64,000 nucleotides of DNA from contig OZ242358.1 in the NCBI GenBank assembly GCA_965208835.1, positions 1,536,001-1,600,000 of the forward strand, given 5' to 3'. Under the pieces are notes generated by a model, which worked only from the letters and a program-made list of their open reading frames with translations, did not search any database and was not told where the DNA came from. Below, in pieces: positions 41,957-51,790 of the stretch. This DNA is from Candidatus Latescibacterota bacterium. Its GTDB lineage: Bacteria; Latescibacterota; UBA2968; GCA-2709665. A program made the translations under genes and the position numbers. The first letter of the stretch is position 1, and each line of letters starts with the position of its first letter.

Positions 41957-44900
41957 CTATACGGCGTCAATTTGCTGACGCGTAAGATGGAAATATAGAC
42001 CCTGCTTCTCGACCAGATCGATGTGGCTCCCCGTCTCGACAATATGTCCGCGATCAAGGACGACAATGGCATCGGCATCCCGAATCGTGCTGAGGCGGTG
42101 AGCAATGACAAAGGCTGTTCGGTCTCCGAGCATTTCCGCCAAACCTTCTCGAATCGCATGCTCCGATTCCGTATCCAGGGCATTGGTCGCCTCATCGAAA
42201 ATCAAGATGCGAGGATCGTGATAGAGCGCACGAGCAATGGCGACGCGCTGCCGCTGACCGCCGGAGAGTCCAATGCCCTGCTCACCCACCTTGGTTTCAT
42301 AACCGATTGGCATCTCCTCCACTACTTCGTGCAAATGGGCAAGACGTGACACTTCGAGCATGCGATCCATATCCAGATCTTCTACCCCCAGAGCGATATT
42401 ATCGGCAATAGTACCACCGAACATAAACGGATCCTGCAGCACCATCCCCACTTGCCGGCGCAACGAGCCAGGATCAAAATCCCGTAGGTCGATCCCATCA
42501 AGCATCACACGTCCGTCGGTGGGATCGAACAGCCTGGGAATAAGCTTTACGAGTGTCGTCTTGCCGGCTCCGCTACGTCCCACGATCGCCACCTTCTGCC
42601 CTGGCTCAACCTCAAGGTTGATGTCGTTCAGCACGTAAGGCTCTTCAGGCCCGCCGCCGTAACGAAAGAAGACCCTTTCGAGCACGATCTTTCCACTAAC
42701 CTGTTTGAGTGTAACTGCATTATCGCCGTGGCGCGATGCTTCCATCGGCGTCTCATAAATATCGTTCAGTCGATCAAGCGCGATGCGCGCTTCCTGGACT
42801 TCAGGCCACAATCCAATTAGACCCAGAATTGGTCCGGTCACATTGCCGATCATTGCGTTGAACGCCATCAATTGCCCGACCGACAGTTCCCCGTCAATCA
42901 CCAATGTTGCCCCGTACCAGAGTATAAAAGTACTACTGAAAAGATTCATCAATCCCCCGACGGACCCGAACACCATCCCGATCTTCGTACCATGTAATCC
43001 GACCTGGATCTGTTTCGTGAAACGCTCCTCCCATTTCCATCGCGTATCTCTCTCTACTGAGGCCGTCTTCACGGCGTCAATTCCGTGCAAGGAGTCGATG
43101 AGCACCGACGACTGTTCGACCTCTGCCAAAAAAGCGCGTTGGCTGAGCGACTTCAATATGGGCGTGTAAATCAACGTCAGAATCACAGAAAGAGGCATAA
43201 ATGCGAGGACTACAAGCGTTAATCGGGCGTTATAATAGAGCATCAATCCCAGGTAAACAAACAGCATCACCACATCCAGTACGACTGAAATCGTCGTGCC
43301 GGTCAGGAGTCCTTGAATGGTCGAGTTTTCTCCAAAGCGGGTCGTAAGATCCCCGACCCGTCGCAATGCAAAGAACCGCATTGGCAGGTTCAGTAAATGT
43401 CTGTAAAACCTAGACAACATCGTGATGCTCAATCGAGAGCTCACAAAAGCAATCAGATAAGTTCGTAGCGCCGACGTTGCCATTTGAAAGAGGGCAACGA
43501 CAACCATCCCTACGAGCATAAGATTCAACAGCTCGCGATCCTGATGTACTAAGACGCGGTCGACGATGGTCTGGGTGAAAATTGGGGACGCCAACCCGAA
43601 CAAGCTCATTACAAGCGACGCCAGCAGCACCTCGACAAGAACCCCTGTATACGGTCGAACCAATGGCCAAAAGCGACGAAAGGAAGTTCTCGTAGGCTCG
43701 TTCTCCGCAACGCGGTCCGTATAGGTTATTCTCAACGCGACGCCCGTCCAGCCGCGCTCGAACGCCTCTATGGAAAGCTTCTTGACACCTAGCGCAGGGT
43801 CGGCCACCATGACGTAATCATCCGAAACCCGGAAAAGCACCACAAAATGGTTGCCCTCCCAATGTACGATTGCGGGCAGGTTTACAAGCTTGAGATTCTC
43901 AAACCCGGTACGTACACCCTGCGTCACGAACCCCAATGTCTCGGCTGCTTCGGCCAACCCCGCGAGCGAGGCTCCCTGGGCGGATACATTTGTCATTTCG
44001 CGCAGTTTATTCAACCCAATCGGCATCCCGAAATGCTTGCAGACCATGCCCAGGCAGGCAGCCGCGCAATCCGTCTCGTCGTGCTGACGGATGAATGGAA
44101 ACCGTCGGACAACTAGGGAACTACTGTCCCGCTGCGACGTGTGCTCTGCGTCAGGAATATTCCCATTCTCAGCCTCAACCTCCTTCTTTCCGATTGTTGG
44201 ATCGGAGACAGGAATATTTACCGGAAGGTTTGCAGCCCCTTCTGACGCCGGTTCGATTAGTCGGTTTTCGATTAATTCCAACCCTGCCCGTCGTATACCA
44301 GGTAAACGGTCAAAAGCACGCAGAAAATCGTCCTTTGACAACGAATAGACCACGACGTCAGTTTTAGTAATGACGTCAGCAGGTTGCTGAACGCCCTTTA
44401 CGAGCGCAAGTGTACCAAAAAACGCGCCGGGCTTAAGCTCGCACGACGTCGTTTTCTGTCTGTCAGTGCTCACCGCCTCCATCTTTAGCCGTCCCCTCCC
44501 CACGAGGAAGAAACGGTCACCGGCATCCCCCTGGCGGATTATCCGGGTTCCTCCTGAAACCCGATCTCGTTTCAATTCTTGAAACAGCGCCTGCAGGACA
44601 TCACGGTCTTCTGGGCCATCCATTGCATTCAAAAAGCGAGTAAAATCCCGATATGCAATCTCAGCAACCTGCTCCTCAAGGCTATTTTTCAATTCTCGAT
44701 TCGATGCAACCGCTTTCAAGAAACTCGATTTGGAAACTCTCAATAATACTCCTGGCTCCGTAGCACGGACGGTAGCACGACGCGCCAGCTTGGTCAACAG
44801 CGCGCCCTCCCCGAAATGATCGCCCGGATAGAGATAACCAACTGTCCGCGGTCGTAACTCGATGCCGTTTCGGGTCACCCTAAGCCTTCCAGACCTCACA

Positions 44901-45022
44901 ATGTAGAAGGCGTCACCCCGGTCTCCTTCCCGAAAGATCACAGTACCCAAGTCAACATTGATCGAATTGCCTAATTCTGCCAATTGTCGAACAAGCTCGA
45001 ATCGTTTGGACAACTTACACAT
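41957..45022 (-). CDS. Peptidase-containing ABC transporter: 2x cNMP-binding + C39 peptidase + ABC membrane + ATPase
   Basis: IFREGDRGDAFYIV..FGE and IIRQGDAGDRFFLV..FFG (cNMP); QHDETDCAAACL, HWEGNHFVV, VADPA (C39 C/H/D); GRSGAGKT, LSGGQRQR, FDEAT, IAHRLST. Confidence 0.95.
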   Translation of the reverse strand: MCKLSKRFELVRQLAELGNSINVDLGTVIFREGDRGDAFYIVRSGRLRVTRNGIELRPRTVGYLYPGDHFGEGALLTKLARRATVRATEPGVLLRVSKSSFLKAVASNRELKNSLEEQVAEIAYRDFTRFLNAMDGPEDRDVLQALFQELKRDRVSGGTRIIRQGDAGDRFFLVGRGRLKMEAVSTDRQKTTSCELKPGAFFGTLALVKGVQQPADVITKTDVVVYSLSKDDFLRAFDRLPGIRRAGLELIENRLIEPASEGAANLPVNIPVSDPTIGKKEVEAENGNIPDAEHTSQRDSSSLVVRRFPFIRQHDETDCAAACLGMVCKHFGMPIGLNKLREMTNVSAQGASLAGLAEAAETLGFVTQGVRTGFENLKLVNLPAIVHWEGNHFVVLFRVSDDYVMVADPALGVKKLSIEAFERGWTGVALRITYTDRVAENEPTRTSFRRFWPLVRPYTGVLVEVLLASLVMSLFGLASPIFTQTIVDRVLVHQDRELLNLMLVGMVVVALFQMATSALRTYLIAFVSSRLSITMLSRFYRHLLNLPMRFFALRRVGDLTTRFGENSTIQGLLTGTTISVVLDVVMLFVYLGLMLYYNARLTLVVLAFMPLSVILTLIYTPILKSLSQRAFLAEVEQSSVLIDSLHGIDAVKTASVERDTRWKWEERFTKQIQVGLHGTKIGMVFGSVGGLMNLFSSTFILWYGATLVIDGELSVGQLMAFNAMIGNVTGPILGLIGLWPEVQEARIALDRLNDIYETPMEASRHGDNAVTLKQVSGKIVLERVFFRYGGGPEEPYVLNDINLEVEPGQKVAIVGRSGAGKTTLVKLIPRLFDPTDGRVMLDGIDLRDFDPGSLRRQVGMVLQDPFMFGGTIADNIALGVEDLDMDRMLEVSRLAHLHEVVEEMPIGYETKVGEQGIGLSGGQRQRVAIARALYHDPRILIFDEATNALDTESEHAIREGLAEMLGDRTAFVIAHRLSTIRDADAIVVLDRGHIVETGSHIDLVEKQGLYFHLTRQQIDAV

Positions 45023-45259
45023 GTGCCCTTCAAATTGAGTTCAGTGATATCTGCGCAGGTTTCCGTGACCGAAACGGACGTCCGATATATTATTCCTTAG
45101 AGGGCAGATCATTCACAAAAAATGCGATCGGAATTCCTTCAAGAGTTGAACACGTGACTGAATACATCCAGCGGAGTATAGTGACGAATCAGACGTCTCT
45201 ATCCAGGGATTAATAGACGTGGTCGATCGAGAAATCGTCTAAACCTTCGGCAAAGGGAA

Positions 45260-45625
45260 TCATGTCAATAGTGACGTCAAGGAAGGAAAAACCACATTGC
45301 GGGTAGTCTGCGCGATTTGCGGATACATTGCGAGGTGACTTGCGAGTTCATCGGGACTGCGGGAATCGGCAGAATCCTTGCTGGATAGCCTCTCGGTACT
45401 GCGGGGGACAACAATGGAACACTCCGTACCGGACTCAATGCACGACGGATGGGTACTCGGAATACGACCAAGTAGATTCTCTGCTGTGAAAGTCCCATAA
45501 TCGGCCAAAAACCCTGAGCATTTTTGAGAAAACTGACTGATATCGATTAAACGAGAGTTTTGGCTCCAAATTTGCACGCATACTGGTTCGGTCCAAATTG
45601 GCGAACGAAGTTCATCCCAATTCAA
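45260..45625 (-). CDS. Hypothetical protein (121 aa), doubtful
   Basis: ATG overlaps the end of the CPBP gene; no recognisable motif. Confidence 0.25.
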   Translation of the reverse strand: MNWDELRSPIWTEPVCVQIWSQNSRLIDISQFSQKCSGFLADYGTFTAENLLGRIPSTHPSCIESGTECSIVVPRSTERLSSKDSADSRSPDELASHLAMYPQIAQTTRNVVFPSLTSLLT

Positions 45626-46394
45626 CGCCCAACTCTTCGAACGGAATTACGTCCAAGAAATAGCGGATTAGTGCGACGAGTGTGTTATTTGTAATATGCA
45701 TGACAATTGGTCCGTTTAGAGACCTTGTGGTTTCGAATATATACACAGCAACAACGCCAAATAGGAAATGGTAGAACAAGGCATGTATTGCAGCGAATGC
45801 GGTTGTTTCGGAAATAGTCAAGACGTGCAGGCCGGAATAAACAAGAGCTGATACCGCTCCAGCATTAAGGACGGAGATGCGCTGACTCAGTGCGCGATAC
45901 AACAAACCGCGAAAAAGGTACTCCTCGATAATTGAAACGAGCGATGTTGTAATCAAAAACACGAGCAAAGTAACGCGCCAGTCAATCGGGTTCCTAGGTG
46001 GTGGGAGTTCGAATAGCGGGCTCGTCTTCGGGTAAACGGCCAAGGTGAAAAACCAACTTAAAGAGACAACGGCAGTTCCCGCAATTATAGATAATATTAG
46101 AGAACGGCGGTTACAACGTAATGTATTCCAAATGTGTCTTGGGGAAATCGACTGCCTTTTAAGGAAAGTGGCAAAAATCGGCAGCACGACTGCAAATAAC
46201 GCCACATTACGCCCGACTTCGACGAAATATCCCGAAATTCCTGGAACTTGTGCAAAGGGTGAAAACGACAGCAATGCAGAATTAATCATCCTCGCCAAGG
46301 GGAAAGACACCTGTAATAATACAAAGTATACAACTATACTTGCGATTGGCACTTCCATCGGCCAAGATCGATCTATGGAATGGTGTGTTCTCAC
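45612..46394 (-). CDS. CPBP/CAAX-family (Abi) intramembrane metalloprotease
   Basis: EEYLFRG, YSGLH, MHITNN motifs; multiple TMs. Confidence 0.88.
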   Translation of the reverse strand: MRTHHSIDRSWPMEVPIASIVVYFVLLQVSFPLARMINSALLSFSPFAQVPGISGYFVEVGRNVALFAVVLPIFATFLKRQSISPRHIWNTLRCNRRSLILSIIAGTAVVSLSWFFTLAVYPKTSPLFELPPPRNPIDWRVTLLVFLITTSLVSIIEEYLFRGLLYRALSQRISVLNAGAVSALVYSGLHVLTISETTAFAAIHALFYHFLFGVVAVYIFETTRSLNGPIVMHITNNTLVALIRYFLDVIPFEELGVELG

Positions 46395-46500
46395 AGTTAA
46401 TTTGGAATCGTCGTCAGATGTTTAATTCAATACATAGTTGACATTGTGGCATCATGCGGACAGTCTGCTCAAATCCAAGCTCGTTATTCAATCGGTGTTT

Positions 46501-47823
46501 TTATCCATTTTTGCAATTGCGGCCGTGTTCGCAACGGTTGTAGTGGACAACGAAGATACGGTAAGCGAAATATAGAACCGCCGAGAAAACGACAAGAATC
46601 CCCAAAAGCCAAGCGAGTGCGGCACTTAGGTTGCTATCCCGACCCCAATATCTTAGTCTGGTAAGCTCTGCCCGGTGTGACAATAACGATTGGATATCGT
46701 TACTATTCGTAGTGGAATCGGCTCGAATCGTGTTACGAGCGAGGACGTACAACGAATCTGCTATCCCAAATTTGCCCAATTCTTTGTTTATATGTCCCAG
46801 AATAGCCATGGACTGCGCAACCTCTGCGTGTTCTTCGCCCAATTCCCGTCGCCGTATAATAAGCGCCCGCTTCATCAACGGTAACGCTGCAAGAAAGTTA
46901 CCCTGCTGAGCATAGTTGTTCGCCGCACTGTGCAATACCTCAGCGACGTGAAGAGATTCCGGGCCGAAGGCAGTCTCAGAAACTTGGAGAGCACGCTGTA
47001 ACAGGGGCTCCGCTTCTGCATATTCTCCTTGGTTACTATGATTCTTCGCCAGGTTGAATAGAACTGTAGAGACACTACCGTGGGTCTCACCCAATGCTCT
47101 CTCGTATATGTCCAACGCGCGCAGGTAGAGGTTTTCCGCGGATTCATACCTACCCTGTGAATTGTAACTGTTCGCCAGTCCGTTCAATGTATGTGCTACA
47201 TCAGAACTATATTCACCGAAAGCCGTCGTCCTTATCTCAAGTGCGCGCGTGAAGAGTTCATCCGCACGTTCGTATTTGCCCTGGTCCCTGAGGTTGCGGG
47301 CGGAATTGTGTAAAAGACTCGCAATTTTCGGATGATTCTTGCCAGAGATCCTCTCTTGAAGTTCGACCGCGCGTTTAAAGGTCCCTTCCGCAATTTCGTA
47401 TCGGTGCAGTTCGTAGTATGACCACGACAGACGTCTCATCAACGACGCAAATATAGTGTCGTCTATATCACAACCGTTATCGATAATACCCAATGCGAGT
47501 CCAAGACAGAATGCTGCATCCTCATGCTCATTCTGATCGAAGTAGATGGAACCAAGTTCCTCTACAATTACGAAATGTTCGCATTGAAGCCCGTGACCCC
47601 TGGCTTCCCGTAGGGCGCTGTTATATTGCTGGACTGCAGTGACGTAATCGTCTCTTTCCAAGGCATTCCGAGCGGCCGCGTGATATACCTCCCAAGATAT
47701 TTCGTTACTTTGTATCGTGGAAATGAACAGAAACATGTGGATGTACAGGACGGATATCCTTCTTTGGAGGAACTTCAATCGTACCTCCAGTACCCCTTGA
47801 CGACTAAGGTGTCGCGTAGCCAT
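46501..47823 (-). CDS. Tetratricopeptide-repeat protein (42-aa-period type) with C-terminal TM anchor
   Basis: Repeats L.N.A..Y..QG.Y..AE.L..RAL.I.E..LG..H..V; hydrophobic N-terminus and C-terminal LAWLLGILVVFSAVLYF. Confidence 0.85.
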   Translation of the reverse strand: MATRHLSRQGVLEVRLKFLQRRISVLYIHMFLFISTIQSNEISWEVYHAAARNALERDDYVTAVQQYNSALREARGHGLQCEHFVIVEELGSIYFDQNEHEDAAFCLGLALGIIDNGCDIDDTIFASLMRRLSWSYYELHRYEIAEGTFKRAVELQERISGKNHPKIASLLHNSARNLRDQGKYERADELFTRALEIRTTAFGEYSSDVAHTLNGLANSYNSQGRYESAENLYLRALDIYERALGETHGSVSTVLFNLAKNHSNQGEYAEAEPLLQRALQVSETAFGPESLHVAEVLHSAANNYAQQGNFLAALPLMKRALIIRRRELGEEHAEVAQSMAILGHINKELGKFGIADSLYVLARNTIRADSTTNSNDIQSLLSHRAELTRLRYWGRDSNLSAALAWLLGILVVFSAVLYFAYRIFVVHYNRCEHGRNCKNG

Positions 47824-47869
47824 GGTACAGCTTGCTCAGTTAATTCGGACATCGTCGGTGGTGAACCGC

Positions 47870-48505
47870 CCGCTACGTGCCAATATAGAGTGAGACAACT
47901 CTCCCTCCGAGCTTAATGTCGTACATTGGGCGGAGAGGAGAGCACGAGATGAGGTCAAGCATCGATGTTGGAGACAACGGCAGCAAGGGGTCTCTGGTTG
48001 TGGAGGTCCCGCGCGGAACCTCCACAACCACGAGGCCGGATCCCCCTGAACCGGCCGCCGGCCGAAGACGACGTATGATACGTGCGGCCGAATACCTCGC
48101 TCCGAGTGTGGGTGTGGCTTCGGCCTGCCGGGCATTGGGTGTGGCGCGGGTGTCGGTATACCGTCATCGCAAGCCACATCCAACGTGTCCGGCTCGGTCG
48201 CGCCGGTCTTCGCCCCGTGCACTTTCTCCGCAGGAGCGTGTCCGGGTCTTGGACATCCTGCACGAGGACCGCTTCGTGAACCGGGCACCGGCAGCCGTGT
48301 ATGCCGTGCTGATGGAAGAAGGACGGTATGTCTGCTCGACCCGGACCATGTACCGGCTGCTTCACGATGCCCACGAGGTGCGCGAACGGCGCAACCAGCG
48401 ACGTCATCCACGGCTCGAACCACCCCTGTTGGTGGCCAGTGCGCCCAACCAGGTGTGGACGCGGGATATCACCAAGTTGCCGGGACCCCGAAAATGGGTG
48501 ACCTA
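47870..48505 (+). mobile_element. Truncated IS3-family element (left end, internally deleted transposase)
   Basis: GVASACRALGVAR, PRALS..ER, GRYVCSTRTMYRLL, APNQVWTRDITKL; breaks off early in the integrase core. Confidence 0.8.
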
Positions 48506-48714
48506 TCCCCGCGACGTGGTGCCAAATTGATCGGCACAAGGCCACCCCTCGTTGGCCGGCTTCTCCTACCAAAAAGCTGGCCAAGGACATGCTCATAACG
48601 ACGACAGAGTTCGCTCACCTCTACATCGGCCTGTCTTCCGCGCTCTACCTTCGTGGATGCTCCTTCGTAATTGGGACGCCCATCCTCGTCGGTCATGAAC
48701 TGCTCACGGAACAC
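48506..48714 (-). pseudogene. Possible second IS remnant (OrfA-like HTH fragment)
   Basis: KVERGRQADVEVSELCRRYE resembles an IS3-type OrfA helix-turn-helix; abuts the truncated transposase. Confidence 0.3.
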
Positions 48715-48794
48715 CTTTGGAGGTGGGAACCCTCAGTTTTAAGAATCGGTTTCTTGTCTCACTTTCGTACAAACAATACATTCCCTCAACTGGC

Positions 48795-49190
48795 TTATGA
48801 TCCCTTCGCATCCTTTTTTTTCTGCTTAGTATCGGATTCCGGTGGAGGTTCCGGTGGAGGTTCTGGACAAATTGGCGGTAATAAAACCGGCGGACTAGAG
48901 AAAATCTCGGCGATCGTACCAAACAAACCACCGCCGCCGCCGCTTCCATTGGACCCTTTATTCCAAACGTCATTTTGAGTCCGTAAGTGGTCCGTGTCGT
49001 TTAGACTCTGTCCCGGTTGAACCGAGGATTCGGGGTGCACATAGTCAGACGAACGCAAACCACCTGTATTCCCAGAGGGGTTCTGCCCTTGACCTCCCCA
49101 TACCCTCTGAAGTTCCGTTCGGTCCAATACTTGCTCACGAGCTCTCAAATTGTCGCGGGCCACTAGTAATGTCTGCGAATTACGGGTCAT
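48795..49190 (-). CDS. Double-glycine-leader precursor P2 (131 aa; Gly/Pro-rich core)
   Basis: AAGGAGG RBS; leader ends VLDRTELQRVWGG, matching the L-x3-EL-x2-V-x-GG C39 consensus. Confidence 0.75.
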   Translation of the reverse strand: MTRNSQTLLVARDNLRAREQVLDRTELQRVWGGQGQNPSGNTGGLRSSDYVHPESSVQPGQSLNDTDHLRTQNDVWNKGSNGSGGGGGLFGTIAEIFSSPPVLLPPICPEPPPEPPPESDTKQKKKDAKGS

Positions 49191-49452
49191 TTCAGTTCCC
49201 TCCTTACGGTTATGGTTAAAACTGAATATCCTTCGCGTCAACTTGACAACTCAACTCATCTTCGCCTCCTTTCCTCTTAGCGATTGCCGAGAGCCCGCTT
49301 GTCGAACATCAGTGAACGGATAGCGTCCACATCGCTTAATTCATACACTGATATTCCACTATTATGCTGAACGCGCCTGCACGTGCGTGTCTCGCCCGCG
49401 CTTGCTTTCGCACGGGCAAACAGACCGTCTTGCTTTTGTCTTCGAAAGTGGC

Positions 49453-49521
49453 TGTTAATGATCGGGCAGATGGAGCCATTTGAGGATCGCCATAATGGTG
49501 CCATCGCGCCGATCATTGACA
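49453..49521. mobile_element. Miniature IS21-like element (69 bp)
   Basis: TGTTAATGATCGG...CCGATCATTGACA terminal IRs, internal ATGG(A/T)GCCAT repeats, flanks GTGGC/GTGGT. Confidence 0.6.
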
Positions 49522-49637
49522 GTGGTCTCCTATTTTTATTGACGGATTAACGGATGGCCGTTTGATTGGCCAGGACCGCAAGCAAGTATCTGACACTTGG
49601 GCCAGAATCCTTCGCCAAGACACCGAAAAACTCCTTC

Positions 49638-50840
49638 CTATTTTGCTTTCCTGGATATCAACTGTCTAACTATTGGACCAAAAACAACATCATTCAATAA
49701 GGGCTTTAAATGGAAATCTAGCTCTATGCCATTAAGAACGTCGTGGGACAAATCGGCCGATTTCTCTAACGCCGCATACGCCTTTGAAAACTCTCCCTGC
49801 ATGGAATAAACTCCAGCAATATTGTAATGAATCAACGCGAAACTGGGACATACCTCAATCGCCGTCCGAAAACTGACAATCGCCTCACCGTGCTTCTTCA
49901 ATCTTGCCAGGGCAAGCCCACGGTTGTTCCATGCGTCACAATCGTTGGGATCGATATCTAATGCATTATCAAAGTTTCGAATCGCTTCTTTGTACCGACC
50001 AAGTTCCAAAAGGGCATCTCCCTTGGAATAGTATACAGTGGGGTCTTTCGTGTTGAGTCCAAGCGCCGTGTCGTAACTGGCGATGGCGTCCACATATCTC
50101 TCGAGTTTTGATAGTGTAACTCCGTGTGAGTGCCAGGCTTGATGTGAATCTGGATTGATGTTCAGTCCAGTTCTGTAACTAGCCAAGCTGGCTTCTAAAC
50201 GGCCAAGCTTGTCCAATACGTTTCCCAGATTCATATGAGCATCGAAGTAGACTGAGTCCAATTCGATCGCCCTCAGAAGTGATTTGGACGCATCGTTCAA
50301 TCGATTCAGCTTTATTAATGGTCGTGCGCGAGCGTTCCAGAGTTTGGTATTCTCTGGCTGTGATTCTATGGCTTGGTCAATGGACGCCAGCGACTCCGGA
50401 TGCTTTCCGAGGGCGTCAAGGGACCTCCCGCGCCCCAAGATCGCTTCAGTGTAACTGGGGTTGATCGCCAACGCCTCATCATAGCTCTTGATAGCCGACT
50501 CGTATTGATTCAAACGTTCCTGAACTAAGCCGAGATCTTTCCATGCTTCGTGCACATCCGGTGGATTGAGCCGAATTACCGTTTCTAGATGCGCCGAAGC
50601 TTCGTGAAAATGCCGGCTCTTTGCGAACCTTAGAGCTTGATTCCAAAGCCTATAGGGATCATCGCCCCAATTGGTCGGATTTTCGTCCAACGCGCCGTAA
50701 GCACACTGAGAAGAGCAAAGTAATATACAAAAACACAGTCTTGCGATAAAAAGCTGACGCACAACCCACCCTAATTCAAGGCTCTTTGCAATGCCAATTA
50801 AATATGGATTCATTAGGCTTTCTTTCATAACAACCAGCAT
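49638..50840 (-). CDS. Tetratricopeptide-repeat protein (34-aa TPRs), probable signal peptide
   Basis: About 8 repeats AW...G..L..L.R...A...YD.AL..NP; C-terminal YNIAGVYS..G capping repeat; hydrophobic LCFCILLCSSQCAYGA. Confidence 0.88.
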   Translation of the reverse strand: MLVVMKESLMNPYLIGIAKSLELGWVVRQLFIARLCFCILLCSSQCAYGALDENPTNWGDDPYRLWNQALRFAKSRHFHEASAHLETVIRLNPPDVHEAWKDLGLVQERLNQYESAIKSYDEALAINPSYTEAILGRGRSLDALGKHPESLASIDQAIESQPENTKLWNARARPLIKLNRLNDASKSLLRAIELDSVYFDAHMNLGNVLDKLGRLEASLASYRTGLNINPDSHQAWHSHGVTLSKLERYVDAIASYDTALGLNTKDPTVYYSKGDALLELGRYKEAIRNFDNALDIDPNDCDAWNNRGLALARLKKHGEAIVSFRTAIEVCPSFALIHYNIAGVYSMQGEFSKAYAALEKSADLSHDVLNGIELDFHLKPLLNDVVFGPIVRQLISRKAK

Positions 50841-51047
50841 TGGCTTTTAGACGGTGAAATGAATTGGCGCTACAAAAGGGACTCAGGAGAGTCGGGTACT
50901 ACCGAATCGAGTATCGACTCTTTCAAAATACCACAAACTGTGAAACGCAACAAGAGATGCATCCTCGGTATCCGCTGGCTGGATTATCCGCGTAACGCGA
51001 AGAAAATGTGCTTGAAATGTGCTGAAGTTCGCCCGGTGGTTGGTGTC

Positions 51048-51500
51048 TCAATGAACATGACGATAGTGAGAGTTGTGCGGCGATGGCAGGGCCGTTTCAG
51101 GCGCGTCAATTTGCCTTAACTGATCACGTGCCATGTTGCGGACATTTTCCTGGTTAATATAAGGTATCGTGACTCGGCTGGTATCGCCTCCATAGGTTGC
51201 TGCTTGGCCGATTATCGTCAAAGCGATTATTTCTTTTTCCTTTTTCTTATCCTTGGCCAGCTTCGATTGACCGAACGAGCCTAAGCCGTCCCAGAATTCC
51301 TTTTTTTTAGTTTGGTCCGATTTTTTTCCTCCCCATGTATCGTAACCAGAGTGCTTCGTGCCGCCAGCGCTCCTTTCTCCAGTTACGGACCGCATCTCCG
51401 CTCTAGTCAACGTTTTGGTACGAATTGACAGATCTGAGTTCGCTTGTGCCTTGAGTTCATCCCGTTTGGTAGCCCCAACTGCTGTTATTTTGACAGACAT
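51048..51500 (-). CDS. Double-glycine-type leader precursor P1 (150 aa; Lys-rich core)
   Basis: AAAGGAG RBS; leader TLTRAEMRSVTGE, followed by RSAGG; shares RD-x-L-x-A and L-x-R-x-E motifs with P2. Confidence 0.65.
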   Translation of the reverse strand: MSVKITAVGATKRDELKAQANSDLSIRTKTLTRAEMRSVTGERSAGGTKHSGYDTWGGKKSDQTKKKEFWDGLGSFGQSKLAKDKKKEKEIIALTIIGQAATYGGDTSRVTIPYINQENVRNMARDQLRQIDAPETALPSPHNSHYRHVH

Positions 51501-51790
51501 GCTGTGTTCTCCTTTTTTCCAACTTGGTGGATGGTCCGTTTTTCGCTTGTTCGGAACAATTGGCAATGAATGGGAAGTCGTTCCCGTCCCAGGTTCATAT
51601 TAGTGGTGGGACATAGTCAGCCTGTCTTGGTTTTTCCGACATGGTCGGTCATTCGGAAGAAGACGCAAACGGAAAGGCTAGCCGTCGTGCTAATTCTGGT
51701 AGCATGCGTTTCGCCGCGCCGACGAAACTGTATAGAGGTGACTGCCGATCAACTCTCACACGTTCCGATTAAATGCCGCTGTAACGATCA

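Noticed and set aside
50880-51047. Readthrough extension of precursor P1 past its UGA
   Set aside because: Frame stays open about 55 codons but has no motif or clear recoding signal; compatible with chance
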